Shown piece after piece: positions 20,397 to 29,565 of a stretch of 64,000 nucleotides of DNA. The notes beneath the pieces were generated by a model, which saw only the letters and a list, made by a program, of their open reading frames with translations, did not search any database and was not told where the DNA came from. Within the stretch, counting starts at the first letter, position 1. Each line of letters opens with the position of its first letter. Source of the stretch: Candidatus Bathyarchaeia archaeon. GTDB lineage: Archaea > Thermoproteota > Bathyarchaeia > Bathyarchaeales > Bathycorpusculaceae. Position numbers and translations under genes: made by a program. The stretch spans positions 1-64,000 of the forward strand of contig JBEKHN010000012.1 in the NCBI GenBank assembly GCA_050012255.1. The letters run 5' to 3'.

Positions 20397-21070
20397 AGTT
20401 CAGTGGGATTCAAAAAACAAGTCTGACGGATTTTCCAAGCAGAATATGCTCTGTGCTTTTCACACCTGGCTGCAACCTGCGCTGCCCCTTCTGCCACAAC
20501 TGGCGCATAGTGATCAACCCCCAACCGCCCTTTCTCAATGAGGAAACGGCCCTGAAAATTCTTGAAGAACGCAAAAAATACGTTGACGCAGTCGTGGTCA
20601 CCGGCGGAGAACCGACGATCCACAAAGAGCTGCCTAAGTTCTTGAAGAAGCTGAAAGAAAGAGGGTTTGCAGTGAAATTGGATACCAACGGACTGGACTC
20701 CCATATGCTGGAAGAGTGCTTGCAAAGCGTGGACTACGTAGCGTTGGATGTGAAAACGAGCTTGGAGAAATACGAGCTACTGGGAGCCCGAGACACGGCT
20801 GAACTTGTGCGCACAGTGGACATCTTGAAAATGGGCAAAGTCGAGTACGAGTTCAGAACAACGGTCGTGCCGGGCTTCTTTGAACCTGCAGACGTGTGCG
20901 CTATGAGTGGACTTGTCAACGGCGCAAGAGCATGGGCCTTGCAGCAGTTTGTGCCAGGAGACACGCTTGACAAGAGCCTCAATGCACTGAAACCGTACAC
21001 TCCAGAAACAATGTCCAAGTATGCTGAAGCCATCAGAAACTATGCTGAGGAAATAATTCTTCGAACCTAG
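20393..21070 (+). CDS. nrdG: Anaerobic RNR activating radical SAM protein
   Basis: CNLRCPFC motif, located directly after nrdD. Confidence 0.95.
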   Translation: MKFSGIQKTSLTDFPSRICSVLFTPGCNLRCPFCHNWRIVINPQPPFLNEETALKILEERKKYVDAVVVTGGEPTIHKELPKFLKKLKERGFAVKLDTNGLDSHMLEECLQSVDYVALDVKTSLEKYELLGARDTAELVRTVDILKMGKVEYEFRTTVVPGFFEPADVCAMSGLVNGARAWALQQFVPGDTLDKSLNALKPYTPETMSKYAEAIRNYAEEIILRT

Positions 21071-21313
21071 TTATCGAAGGCTTGCTAGGTTTCATCCTTC
21101 GACATAAACAACATTTCCACGAGTGATTTCTTCATGAACAACATTTCATTGGCATCAAGCGTAAGGTTAGCGCGCGCTGTTGGATGCACCAGTCGACTTA
21201 TCAACGTGGCAAGGTGTTTTTGTTCAGGGGTTAATCATCTCGCCTGTTTCCACGATGCCTCGTTAGGAAAAACTGATATACCCAGAGAGCCAAATCAGGA
21301 GGAGCGATAACTT

Positions 21314-22102
21314 ATGAGAAACTTGAAAGGGAACAATCTAAGAAGTATCTTGCTGGCAATTCTTGTGGTAGCAGTATTTGCTCCCGCACTGGTTCATGCC
21401 AAAGATTACACAGTCGGAGTTAAAGCTGGAGACTGGGTTAAGTATGGCCAAATCACAGTCACATGGACTGGAAACGGAACTGAGCCTTCATACGTCACAG
21501 ACGAAAAGAAACTGGACTGGGTGAGAATAGACGTCTTAAGCGTTGCGGGCACGACAGCCAGCCTGAACTTGACTTTACACTACAACAACGGTACGCAAAC
21601 GTTCCAAAGCCAGAACGTAGACGTCCAAAGCGGCGGCTCAGCGGGAATGGAATATCTCATCGCATCTAACCTGACATTGGGAGACCCGCTTAGCCTACAA
21701 ACACCCGAACCCACCATAAATCAAACGGTGACAGGACTGTACGCAGGAGCAAACAGAAACGTCAACATGATAGACTCCATAAATAGCTATCAAGGCGTCC
21801 AAAGCGAAAGCAAAATCTACTGGGACCAAAACACCGGCATCATGGTTGAAATTTACTTTAAACAACCAGACTATAACAATCCTGGCGCATACACAGAAGT
21901 CTCGATCAAAGCAACCGAAACGAACCTATGGTCAGCAAATACTCTCGACCTCATACAGAACAATCTAATCTACATCATCGCAGCCATAGCCGTCATAATA
22001 GTCATCGTGGCAGCAACCATCGTCCTCCGAAGAAGAAAACCCCCATCTTCCCAACAACCTCCACTTCCACCTCCTTCCGCGCCTCCACCAACGCCGTCAT
22101 AA
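21314..22102 (+). CDS. Secreted protein with a C-terminal membrane anchor and Pro-rich tail
   Basis: Signal peptide, GVKAGDWVKY, YWDQNTGI and a C-terminal TM followed by RRRK and poly-Pro. Confidence 0.8.
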   Translation: MRNLKGNNLRSILLAILVVAVFAPALVHAKDYTVGVKAGDWVKYGQITVTWTGNGTEPSYVTDEKKLDWVRIDVLSVAGTTASLNLTLHYNNGTQTFQSQNVDVQSGGSAGMEYLIASNLTLGDPLSLQTPEPTINQTVTGLYAGANRNVNMIDSINSYQGVQSESKIYWDQNTGIMVEIYFKQPDYNNPGAYTEVSIKATETNLWSANTLDLIQNNLIYIIAAIAVIIVIVAATIVLRRRKPPSSQQPPLPPPSAPPPTPS

Positions 22103-22159
22103 AACGGCAAACCGTCGCACGCCTGAATATCCCACCTTTTCTTTCCACTCTGTAGCGGC

Positions 22160-22359
22160 ATGCCTGTTCCTAAATTATGTTCAAGGGGGAGGCATGGCGT
22201 TTTCCGACGGTCGATGGTTACCGTCACGGTTCGAGTGAGTGTTTGCGTGCTCACACCCTCCCCCCGGGGTATCCTATATAACCTAAATATGGTTGAAGAG
22301 CAGAATAAGCAGCACAAGCTGCTTCCCAAAAGAATTCAGGAACACACTAGCGCGCTAGT
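22160..22359 (+). repeat. Dispersed repeat family B, copy 1 (~190 bp), ending in the perfect palindrome ACTAGCGCGCTAGT
   Basis: Aligns with the reverse complement of ~61125-61320. Confidence 0.9.
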
Positions 22360-22610
22360 TTCCACGTTCTCCTGCAATCTGTTCCCAGAGGCTTTCAGAG
22401 CTATCATTCCGTTTCGGCTTCAAGGTCTTGGGCGCTTGACCTGTCAACAGCCTTGTTATCTCGTTTTGATTATGTCTATCTCTGCAATTATTCTCAAACC
22501 CCAAAAGAAAAAAGGGAGGTTGTGCGCGAGATTTCTCCCTCCCTTAAAGGAAAGGTTTAAGGGTTAACGGGTTGTTTAGGTTTCGAATGTTCTGTAACGA
22601 GGCTTAAGCT

Positions 22611-23162
22611 TTGAGCAAGAAAGTTGTGACTCTTGAAGAGCGCAAGGCCGAGGTCTTGATTAGGCTCAGAGGATACAAACTCTTCAAAAAACAGAAACGC
22701 GAAGATGCTGTTGAATACTTGGTTGAGATTCCAAGGGACAAGCAGAAGGCCGTCGTTTGGTGCGTTCCGGGTGAGACCACCGTGGGCATAAACAGCATAA
22801 ACCGTCTCGCGAAAGCCATGAAAGACGCTGATGTGGAAAGAGGAATAATAGTCACTGACGGAAGATACACGCACGCCGTTAAGCAGGGTGCTAGGAAGAA
22901 GAAGATTGAGCTCCTGCCCAAGACCTTCCCCGCTTTCGACCTTTTTCAACACAGGCTTGTTCCGAAGCATGAAATTCTGACTGAGGAAGAGAAGGCGGAG
23001 CTCCTGTTGAAGTACAGGGTGCAACCGTACCAGCTACCGCAGATAAGCTCGCTGGACCCAACCGTCAAGGCGATAGGGGCCAAGCCGGGCGACATACTGC
23101 GGATAATAAGAAAAAGCCCGACAGCCGGCGAGCACCTAGCGTTCAGATACGTTGTAGAATAG
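22611..23162 (+). CDS. rpo5: RNA polymerase subunit Rpo5/H with an extra N-terminal domain (RPB5-like)
   Basis: HRLVPKHEIL...QLPQI...DP...IIRKSPTAG...RYVV C-terminal domain plus a ~105 aa alpha/beta N-terminal domain. Confidence 0.93.
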   Translation: MSKKVVTLEERKAEVLIRLRGYKLFKKQKREDAVEYLVEIPRDKQKAVVWCVPGETTVGINSINRLAKAMKDADVERGIIVTDGRYTHAVKQGARKKKIELLPKTFPAFDLFQHRLVPKHEILTEEEKAELLLKYRVQPYQLPQISSLDPTVKAIGAKPGDILRIIRKSPTAGEHLAFRYVVE

Positions 23163-23373
23163 CCCATTTAGCCATCATAACCTCTGTTGCCTTCACAACG
23201 GCCTCAACTTGATCCCCAGCGTTTACATGCAAGTCTTCTTGGCGCTCAAGGCCTCAAGCGCCCACGGAGTCTCGATATCCAGACAGATTGCCTCAACTAA
23301 CGAGAATATCTTTAGGTTGGCCACGTTCTAAGGTACAACGGCGCGCGCTACCTACAGAGGCATCGGCACCGAA

Positions 23374-23598
23374 CTAGGGCTGGACTTTCCTTTCGCTCGC
23401 CAGTTCGCACAGAATCACTAAGGCCTCGCCGAACGGCATGTTCAGTCTCGCAGCCAATTCTGCGGGGAATATCTCGGGTTTTTCAGGAAGAACGTTGTCC
23501 CTTGTGAAGGCCTTATGGTGCGGGTACATGACCATGGCGTGGACCGTTTCAACCAATACAGGCCATAGTTTCTCTCTCGTGTATTCTTCGAAGTTCAT
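23374..23598 (-). CDS. Small hypothetical protein (possible HTH)
   Basis: 74 aa, with PAELAARLNMPFGEALVIL. Confidence 0.65.
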   Translation of the reverse strand: MNFEEYTREKLWPVLVETVHAMVMYPHHKAFTRDNVLPEKPEIFPAELAARLNMPFGEALVILCELASERKVQP

Positions 23599-23640
23599 GC
23601 TGGATCAATGTCTTACAGTGTTGAAGGTTAAATATTGAAT

Positions 23641-24198
23641 TTACCTTTGGTCACGTCGAGCACGCACACGTTCTTGTTCTAGGATAGCGTACAGCAAAGA
23701 GTCTCTCCATTTTCCTTTTGCCCACATGTGCTCTCGGAGGCGACCTTCGCGTTTCATGCCAATCTTCTCCAGAACGTGTGCAGACGCGGTGTTTGTGAGG
23801 TCGCAGGTGGCGAATATTCTGTGCAAGCTCAGCTTACCAAACCCGAAATCGACGAGTGCGTTTGCTGTCTCGGTGGCGTATCCTTTTCCCCAGAAATGGC
23901 GATTGAGGCAATAACCGATCCATCCTTCCCGGTTGTTGAGGTTTGAAACACAGATCGAGCAGCCGCCGATGAGCTCGTTTTCGTTTCTTACGACGATTGC
24001 GAGCGTGTAGTTTCTGCGGGGTTTCTCGTTTTGGCCTGCGAGCGCTCGCTGGATAAAGCCTTTCGTTTCTTCCTCTGTGTTGGGCCCCCAACTCATGTAT
24101 CGAACGACCTCTGGGTCGGAAGCGTAGCAATGAACAGATTGCCAATCGGCTTCCATCAGATCTCGCAACAAGAGCCGCTTAGTTCTAGGGACTTCCAC
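23641..24198 (-). CDS. RimJ/RimL-type GNAT acetyltransferase
   Basis: RLLLR, IGYCL...WGKGYATE and N.AS..VLEK.GM..EG.LR motifs. Confidence 0.9.
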   Translation of the reverse strand: MEVPRTKRLLLRDLMEADWQSVHCYASDPEVVRYMSWGPNTEEETKGFIQRALAGQNEKPRRNYTLAIVVRNENELIGGCSICVSNLNNREGWIGYCLNRHFWGKGYATETANALVDFGFGKLSLHRIFATCDLTNTASAHVLEKIGMKREGRLREHMWAKGKWRDSLLYAILEQERVRARRDQR

Positions 24199-24513
24199 AG
24201 TTTTGCCTCGCGAGGACTCATCTTTATGCGATTTGGGTCTAACTTAAAAGGTTTGTATCAAGGACCTGACTGCGATGCGTGCGAAGTTGCTCGACGGCTT
24301 TATGAACGGCACGCAAAGAAGAACCTTCCCGCGTCATCTGCCCAACATGAAGCCCATGTTTCCCTAAAAGAAGCTCGCTATCTTTGGCTCATGTTGAACC
24401 TAGAGACCCAAGCTTTCGCTTTTAGAGCTCGTTCTTCTCGTCTTACCGCAAAGTATATCTCTACTCAAGCGTGATTACAGCCTTCAAAATCCATCAGGAA
24501 AGGTTGAGAGCTG

Positions 24514-25242
24514 ATGGCTGTCAAAGCGGTGGTCTTCGATTTGGACGGCACGATTGCAAGCTTCAACTTAGACTACATGATTGTGAGGGCAGATGTCAGG
24601 AGTTATCTCATCAGAGTCGGGCTACCGGGCTCGATACTGTCGACTAACGAAAGCATATTTGAAATGCTGAAGATGACCGAGATTTTCTTGAAAAACAACG
24701 GCAAATCCGATAGGGCTGTGGGCAAAGTCAGGAACGAAGCCTTGGCCATAGCTGAAAAATACGAGCTGGAAGCCGCGAAGACCACTGGCCTGCTTTCAGG
24801 CGCTGTTGAGACGCTGGGAGCCTTGAAGAAGATGGGCTTGAAAATCGGCCTGTGCACTATTAACAGCGAGAAATCGACAAACCACATCTTGAAACGGTTT
24901 GGCATATCTAAGTTCTTTGACGCCGTCACGCCTAGAAACAAGGTCAAATATGTTAAACCCAGCCCCGAGCATTTGAAAGCCACTTTGAAAGCTTTGCACG
25001 TAAGCCCGAAAGAAGCGATCCTTATTGGAGACGGAACCCGTGACATGCAGTGTGCAAGGGAATTGAACGTCATCGCCGTAGGCTTGCCAACCGGCGTGTC
25101 GTCTGAAAAAGAGCTGATCGCTTCCGGAGCGAGCCACTTCATCGCTTCAATCAGGGATCTGCCGAGGCTAGTGGAGACGATAAACAAATCATCAAGATCC
25201 AGAAGAAAGGCTACGTACAAGAATTCTGGGAGTGCGACTTAG
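24514..25242 (+). CDS. HAD-family phosphatase
   Basis: VVFDLDGT, KP.P and IGD...D motifs. Confidence 0.9.
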   Translation: MAVKAVVFDLDGTIASFNLDYMIVRADVRSYLIRVGLPGSILSTNESIFEMLKMTEIFLKNNGKSDRAVGKVRNEALAIAEKYELEAAKTTGLLSGAVETLGALKKMGLKIGLCTINSEKSTNHILKRFGISKFFDAVTPRNKVKYVKPSPEHLKATLKALHVSPKEAILIGDGTRDMQCARELNVIAVGLPTGVSSEKELIASGASHFIASIRDLPRLVETINKSSRSRRKATYKNSGSAT

Positions 25243-25243
25243 A

Positions 25244-25363
25244 TTAGAAGCTCGCGACTCCTTTTCTCTCGCTGAAATCGTACCATTTCCAAATTTCATC
25301 CACTGTCCTTTCGGAGTATCCGTTCCGCTTCAGCAAGGATCTCAAAGATGAGGGCGGCTTCAT
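25244..25363 (-). CDS. 39-aa small protein MKPPSSLRSLLKRNGYSERTVDEIWKWYDFSERKGVASF
   Basis: Translated by hand (below the ORF-track cutoff). ATG to TAA with protein-like composition. Confidence 0.55.
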   Translation of the reverse strand: MKPPSSLRSLLKRNGYSERTVDEIWKWYDFSERKGVASF

Positions 25364-25843
25364 TCACTGGGGCCACCAAAACAAGTTTGATATTCGTGTT
25401 AAAAGGAAATTAAACGTTCTGTATTCTGGATTCTGTTCCTGTAGACATGTACAGCAGATCTACAGGAGCACTTGGCACGGTTTGACCATGGCCAATCCCG
25501 TCTGGTTTCTTAGTTATTCACGTTTTTATGCTGCACACGTGCCAAGCGGGATGTTTGACCTTTGTTTCGCGATTTGCCTACATGGGGTAAACATTCCCTG
25601 TTTCATGTTTTTCCTCGTCTATTCCACCCTCCCCCTCGGTTTTCAGCACACACGACCATCCTAGAGTACTTTCGCAGAGGCTCATGCGGACCCTGGTATT
25701 TCCTCACCAGTAATGCAAGACTTTCCTCGAGACGGATTGCCTTCCGGGCCGATAGGTGTGCGCGCTTCTGCCTTTCTGATTCTGTTTTCTTTCTGAGGTT
25801 CGAACGACATATCTAGCCTTTTCAGCGCACGCAATTTCTAGCT

Positions 25844-26404
25844 CTAGATGGAGTGGAATTCTTCCTTATACAGTTGATATGCCGAAAGTATTAGTTTTTC
25901 CGCAGCCTTAGCGTCGCCCCATTCTTTGATCTTAACCCACTTCTTTGGTTCAAGCCTCTTGTAGTTCACGAAGAAGTCTGCGATTTCTGCCTTCAAGTGT
26001 TTTGCAACGCCGTCTATGTCCTGGATCTCCTCGAACCTCGGGTCGTTCACCGGCACTCCGAGGATCTTGTCATCCTGTCCGTTTTCATCTTCCGTGGTGA
26101 GGACACCTATGGGGCGCGCGGTGATCACGCAGCCCGTGAACGTGGGCTTTGTGGTCAGCACAAGAATGTCCAAGGGTTCTCCGTCTAATGACCATGACCG
26201 TGGGATTATGCCGTAATCGCCTAGGTAGTAAAGGGCGGAATACAATACTCGGTCAAGCTTAAAGAACCCAACCTCGCAGTCAAACTTGTACTTGTTCGTG
26301 CTTCCACTGGGAACTTCAACAATCGCGTAGACCTTATGCGGAGGATCTGGGCCGCATGGAATGTCTCGCCATAAATTGACCATTTCAACACCCTCCAGTT
26401 TCAC
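25844..26404 (-). CDS. ppa: Family I inorganic pyrophosphatase
   Basis: NKY, LDRVL, DYG.IP, DGEPLD, DDKIL and FF..YK.LE motifs. The start may be ATG 26383. Confidence 0.93.
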   Translation of the reverse strand: MKLEGVEMVNLWRDIPCGPDPPHKVYAIVEVPSGSTNKYKFDCEVGFFKLDRVLYSALYYLGDYGIIPRSWSLDGEPLDILVLTTKPTFTGCVITARPIGVLTTEDENGQDDKILGVPVNDPRFEEIQDIDGVAKHLKAEIADFFVNYKRLEPKKWVKIKEWGDAKAAEKLILSAYQLYKEEFHSI

Positions 26405-26676
26405 CTAGCTATTTTCGGTTCACACATTTAAACGTAACATCAGCCGGAACCCAACGGGTTCTGACGAACACGACCCTTTCGATCGGCACGTATCGGTTTT
26501 CGACATTCTACCATTTTCGCAATTGCCTGCATGCATCGGTATAGCTCTGAATGGTTGCTACGATGCGTTACAATGAGCGACAAGCTTCCGAGAAAGAAGT
26601 TGTTACAACTGCTTGACGCATCGCGCTAAGCGCGCGCTAAGAGGGGGCCAAGAATCAGGCACGAGAACCCCGACAG

Positions 26677-27009
26677 TTGGGCTTGTCAGAAGTTACTTTA
26701 GAGCTGTCTGGCCTTTCTTTTTCTGTTCAAAAAACCCTTCCGGCGAGGATATTTTTATCTAGGACTATGCATTTTAGGAAGGCACGCAATGGCTTTGAAG
26801 AGTGGGTGGACGAAATATCCGTAAGAATGTCTAATAGCTTGAGTGCAGTTACTCTCGTACTCATGGTCATAGGCACGTATGTGCTTGTGTTCTCAAGCAT
26901 TTCGTTGCTGTATAAGGTAGTCATTGTTGTCTACATTTTTGTTTTGCTTTTCCTGCTCACATTGGCGCTGCAGACCTTAGAGACGATAGCAAAACCCAGA
27001 GCTGAATAG
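26677..27009 (+). CDS. Small two-TM membrane protein (start uncertain)
   Basis: Two hydrophobic helices in the C-terminal half. Confidence 0.5.
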   Translation: MGLSEVTLELSGLSFSVQKTLPARIFLSRTMHFRKARNGFEEWVDEISVRMSNSLSAVTLVLMVIGTYVLVFSSISLLYKVVIVVYIFVLLFLLTLALQTLETIAKPRAE

Positions 27010-27143
27010 AGAACTCTCACAAAAAGCCTTCACTGGGCGTGGAACTTTGTCTAGCGCATTGTGTAGTCTTTTGAAACGTATTCCCTAGCTCAAGCGATCT
27101 CAAGTCTATGTGCAATCATAAAGGCAGCTCGCTGCTCAGCAAG

Positions 27144-27545
27144 TCACGCAGGTTTGAAGTAGTATCTAGGCCACTGAGGCCAAGGCTGCACAGCTGCACA
27201 GGTTCCGAAGTCTACCGCCAGGTCCATTCCTACTTTTACTTGTTCCAGCGGTACGCCTCGGATCATCCCGGGAAGTTTCAGACCGTTTTCGAGTTGGACA
27301 ATGCCTATGGCGTACGGGGCCATTGATTGGAACTGCGCTGGGGCGATGTGGATGACCGTGTAGGTTAGCAGTCTTCCTTTCGTCGGAATTTCGGTCCAGT
27401 CAAACTCTTTTGAGTAGCAACTGTCGCAGATCGGCCTGGGCGGGAGGTGCACCTTTGCACATTTTCTGCATTTTCCGCCTAGCAGCTTTCCCTGGTTGAT
27501 GTTCCTGTAGAACTGTTCTATCGTGAAAGGTGCTTGTTCAACCAT
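27144..27545 (-). CDS. DUF35 Zn-ribbon/OB-fold protein
   Basis: KC.KC....PPR..C..C and G.L.TYTVIH motifs, adjacent to a thiolase. Confidence 0.92.
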   Translation of the reverse strand: MVEQAPFTIEQFYRNINQGKLLGGKCRKCAKVHLPPRPICDSCYSKEFDWTEIPTKGRLLTYTVIHIAPAQFQSMAPYAIGIVQLENGLKLPGMIRGVPLEQVKVGMDLAVDFGTCAAVQPWPQWPRYYFKPA

Positions 27546-27547
27546 TT

Positions 27548-28720
27548 CTATGTCCCCCTGTAAATGTGAACCGTGGCAGTCGCGCCTGAGCCTCCCACGT
27601 TGTGCGTGAGTCCTATCGCTGCATCCTCGACTTGGCGTTTTTCGGCGCGGCCTGTCAGTTGTAGGTAGATTTCGTAGGCTTGGCCTGTTCCGGTTGCGCC
27701 AACCGGATGCCCTTTAGCCTTTAGACCTCCGCTGGTGTTGATGGGAATTCTTCCTCCGAGCCTTGTCTCGCCGCCCTCAACCAGTTTTCCGCCTTCACCT
27801 GCCTTGCAAAACCCCAAGTCCTCGTAGGCTATGATTTCTGCTATGGTGAAACAGTCGTGGACTTCTGCAACGTCAACGTCTTCCGGTTTCACCGCGGCCA
27901 TTTCACATGCTTTCTTGGCGGCGACCTTTGCGGCTTCAAGTGAAGTCAGACTAGTCCTCTCGTATAGGCCAATTGTGTCACTGGCTTGGCCGCTTCCAAC
28001 GATCTGCACAGGGGTGTCCGTGTATTTCTTGGCAAGTTCAGGTTTGGTAAGAATCAGACAGCTCGCACCGTCAGTGATGAGCGAACAATCATACAGTTTG
28101 AGGGGCCATGCGACCATGCGTGAAGCGAGAGCGGTTTCAAGTGTTATTTCCTTCTGCATGTGTGCCTTCGGGTTTAGACTTCCGTGATAGTGATTTTTGA
28201 CTCCGACCATGGCTAACTGTCGCTCTGTCGTTCCATATGCATGCATGTGGGCGGTGGCCATCAACGCGTACAGCCCTGGAAAAGTTATGCCGTGCCACTG
28301 CTCGAAAGGATAATCAGAAGCCATGGCAAGATACTCAGTCACTTCTGCCGTCGTCCTATGTGTCATTTTCTCGACCCCGCCGACCATGACAACATCGCTC
28401 AAGCCTGAACGCACCGCGCAGATCGCAACCCTGAGAGCAGCACCGGAAGAGGCACAAGCAGCCTCAGTTCTTGTGGCAGCAACGTGTCCAAGACCAATCC
28501 AGTCAGCGATTGTTGCAGCCGTGTGACCCTGATGCTCGTAAGACTCTCCCATGTGACCAACAAACAAGGCCTGAATGTCCTTCTTAGGGTCCAGCCTTGG
28601 ACAGCTGTCAAAGGCTTCCTTCGCCGCCTCCGCAAAGATCTCCCTGGCGTACAAACCTTCGAGTTTTCCAAACTTCGACAAACCAGCAGAGACTATTGAG
28701 ACAAGAGGTTCCCCATTCAA
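27548..28720 (-). CDS. Archaeal thiolase (acetyl-CoA C-acetyltransferase)
   Basis: EAACASS catalytic Cys, EVHDCF and GHPVGATG. The start at TTG 28720 is inferred. Confidence 0.93.
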   Translation of the reverse strand: MNGEPLVSIVSAGLSKFGKLEGLYAREIFAEAAKEAFDSCPRLDPKKDIQALFVGHMGESYEHQGHTAATIADWIGLGHVAATRTEAACASSGAALRVAICAVRSGLSDVVMVGGVEKMTHRTTAEVTEYLAMASDYPFEQWHGITFPGLYALMATAHMHAYGTTERQLAMVGVKNHYHGSLNPKAHMQKEITLETALASRMVAWPLKLYDCSLITDGASCLILTKPELAKKYTDTPVQIVGSGQASDTIGLYERTSLTSLEAAKVAAKKACEMAAVKPEDVDVAEVHDCFTIAEIIAYEDLGFCKAGEGGKLVEGGETRLGGRIPINTSGGLKAKGHPVGATGTGQAYEIYLQLTGRAEKRQVEDAAIGLTHNVGGSGATATVHIYRGT

Positions 28721-28874
28721 ATGAGTCGCTCCCTCCGAAATACCACTGGGCGGAGAAAATGACTTACTGATTGAACGACTATTTAAGTTTCGTTGGCAGG
28801 TTCCGCAGTTCACACGAAAGAAAAATAGCGGAGATTCTTGAAAAGGGCTTAAGTTAAGCTTGGATCGACTCTCA

Positions 28875-29561
28875 TTACCTTGGTCCGAACGTCTTCTTGA
28901 CCCAAGCTCTTGTCTTTTCCATGTCTTCTCTGAATCGCTTCAGCTCCTCCGGACTTCTTTTCGGAGCGACTGGCTCTTCAGCTGGCGTTGCGTAAACGTC
29001 CAGCAGGTCGCCTTTGGGCTGCTTTGCGATGTTTATGTTGACCTTCAAGCCTATGTTGACTTTTTCCGGGTCGATGTCTCGCATGGTCATCGGGAGGCAG
29101 GTGTTTGTTCCGCCAATTCTCACCATTGCTCCAACTAGGGGTTGCAGATGTGCCATAGAAGGCCATGCAATAGCCATTATTGTGTGAGCGTGGATTTCCC
29201 CTTTCTTCGGAAGCTCAACCCACCTTGTTTCTTCCAGTCTGCATTTGGGGTTGAAGCAGTGCGCGCGTGGAGGACAATAGACAAGGCCGCACTTAGGACA
29301 CTTTGTTCCGTAGAGTTTTCCTTCGAGCAAGCCCATGAAGAACTTTGACACTTTGCCGTAGCTATGGTGGAACATGCTCCCATGTGGCCTGTGCACGATC
29401 AAGAACTTCTCAGGTTTCAAATCGTTGAGTGTGGGACCGTCGTTCATTTCCACAATTTTCCAGCCTTCAGGCCTCCAGCCGCCCTTGCGTTCCCACTCTT
29501 GCCACCATTTTTCGTCGTACGCTGATTGCTTCATTATCTTTTCTGGTCCAGGTTGCTTCAT
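28875..29561 (-). CDS. Extended DUF35 Zn-ribbon/OB-fold protein
   Basis: GTKCPKCG.VYCPPRAHC...C motif with N- and C-terminal extensions. Confidence 0.88.
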   Translation of the reverse strand: MKQPGPEKIMKQSAYDEKWWQEWERKGGWRPEGWKIVEMNDGPTLNDLKPEKFLIVHRPHGSMFHHSYGKVSKFFMGLLEGKLYGTKCPKCGLVYCPPRAHCFNPKCRLEETRWVELPKKGEIHAHTIMAIAWPSMAHLQPLVGAMVRIGGTNTCLPMTMRDIDPEKVNIGLKVNINIAKQPKGDLLDVYATPAEEPVAPKRSPEELKRFREDMEKTRAWVKKTFGPR

Positions 29562-29565
29562 TCTT

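Noticed and set aside
22160-22567. 135-aa ORF (and 61065-61265) as real genes
   Set aside because: They are translations of repeat B with many non-synonymous differences and unrelated C-termini.
24603-25220. Long antisense ORFs (for example 205 aa opposite the HAD gene, and many opposite RNAP genes)
   Set aside because: They are shadow ORFs of well-supported genes on the other strand.
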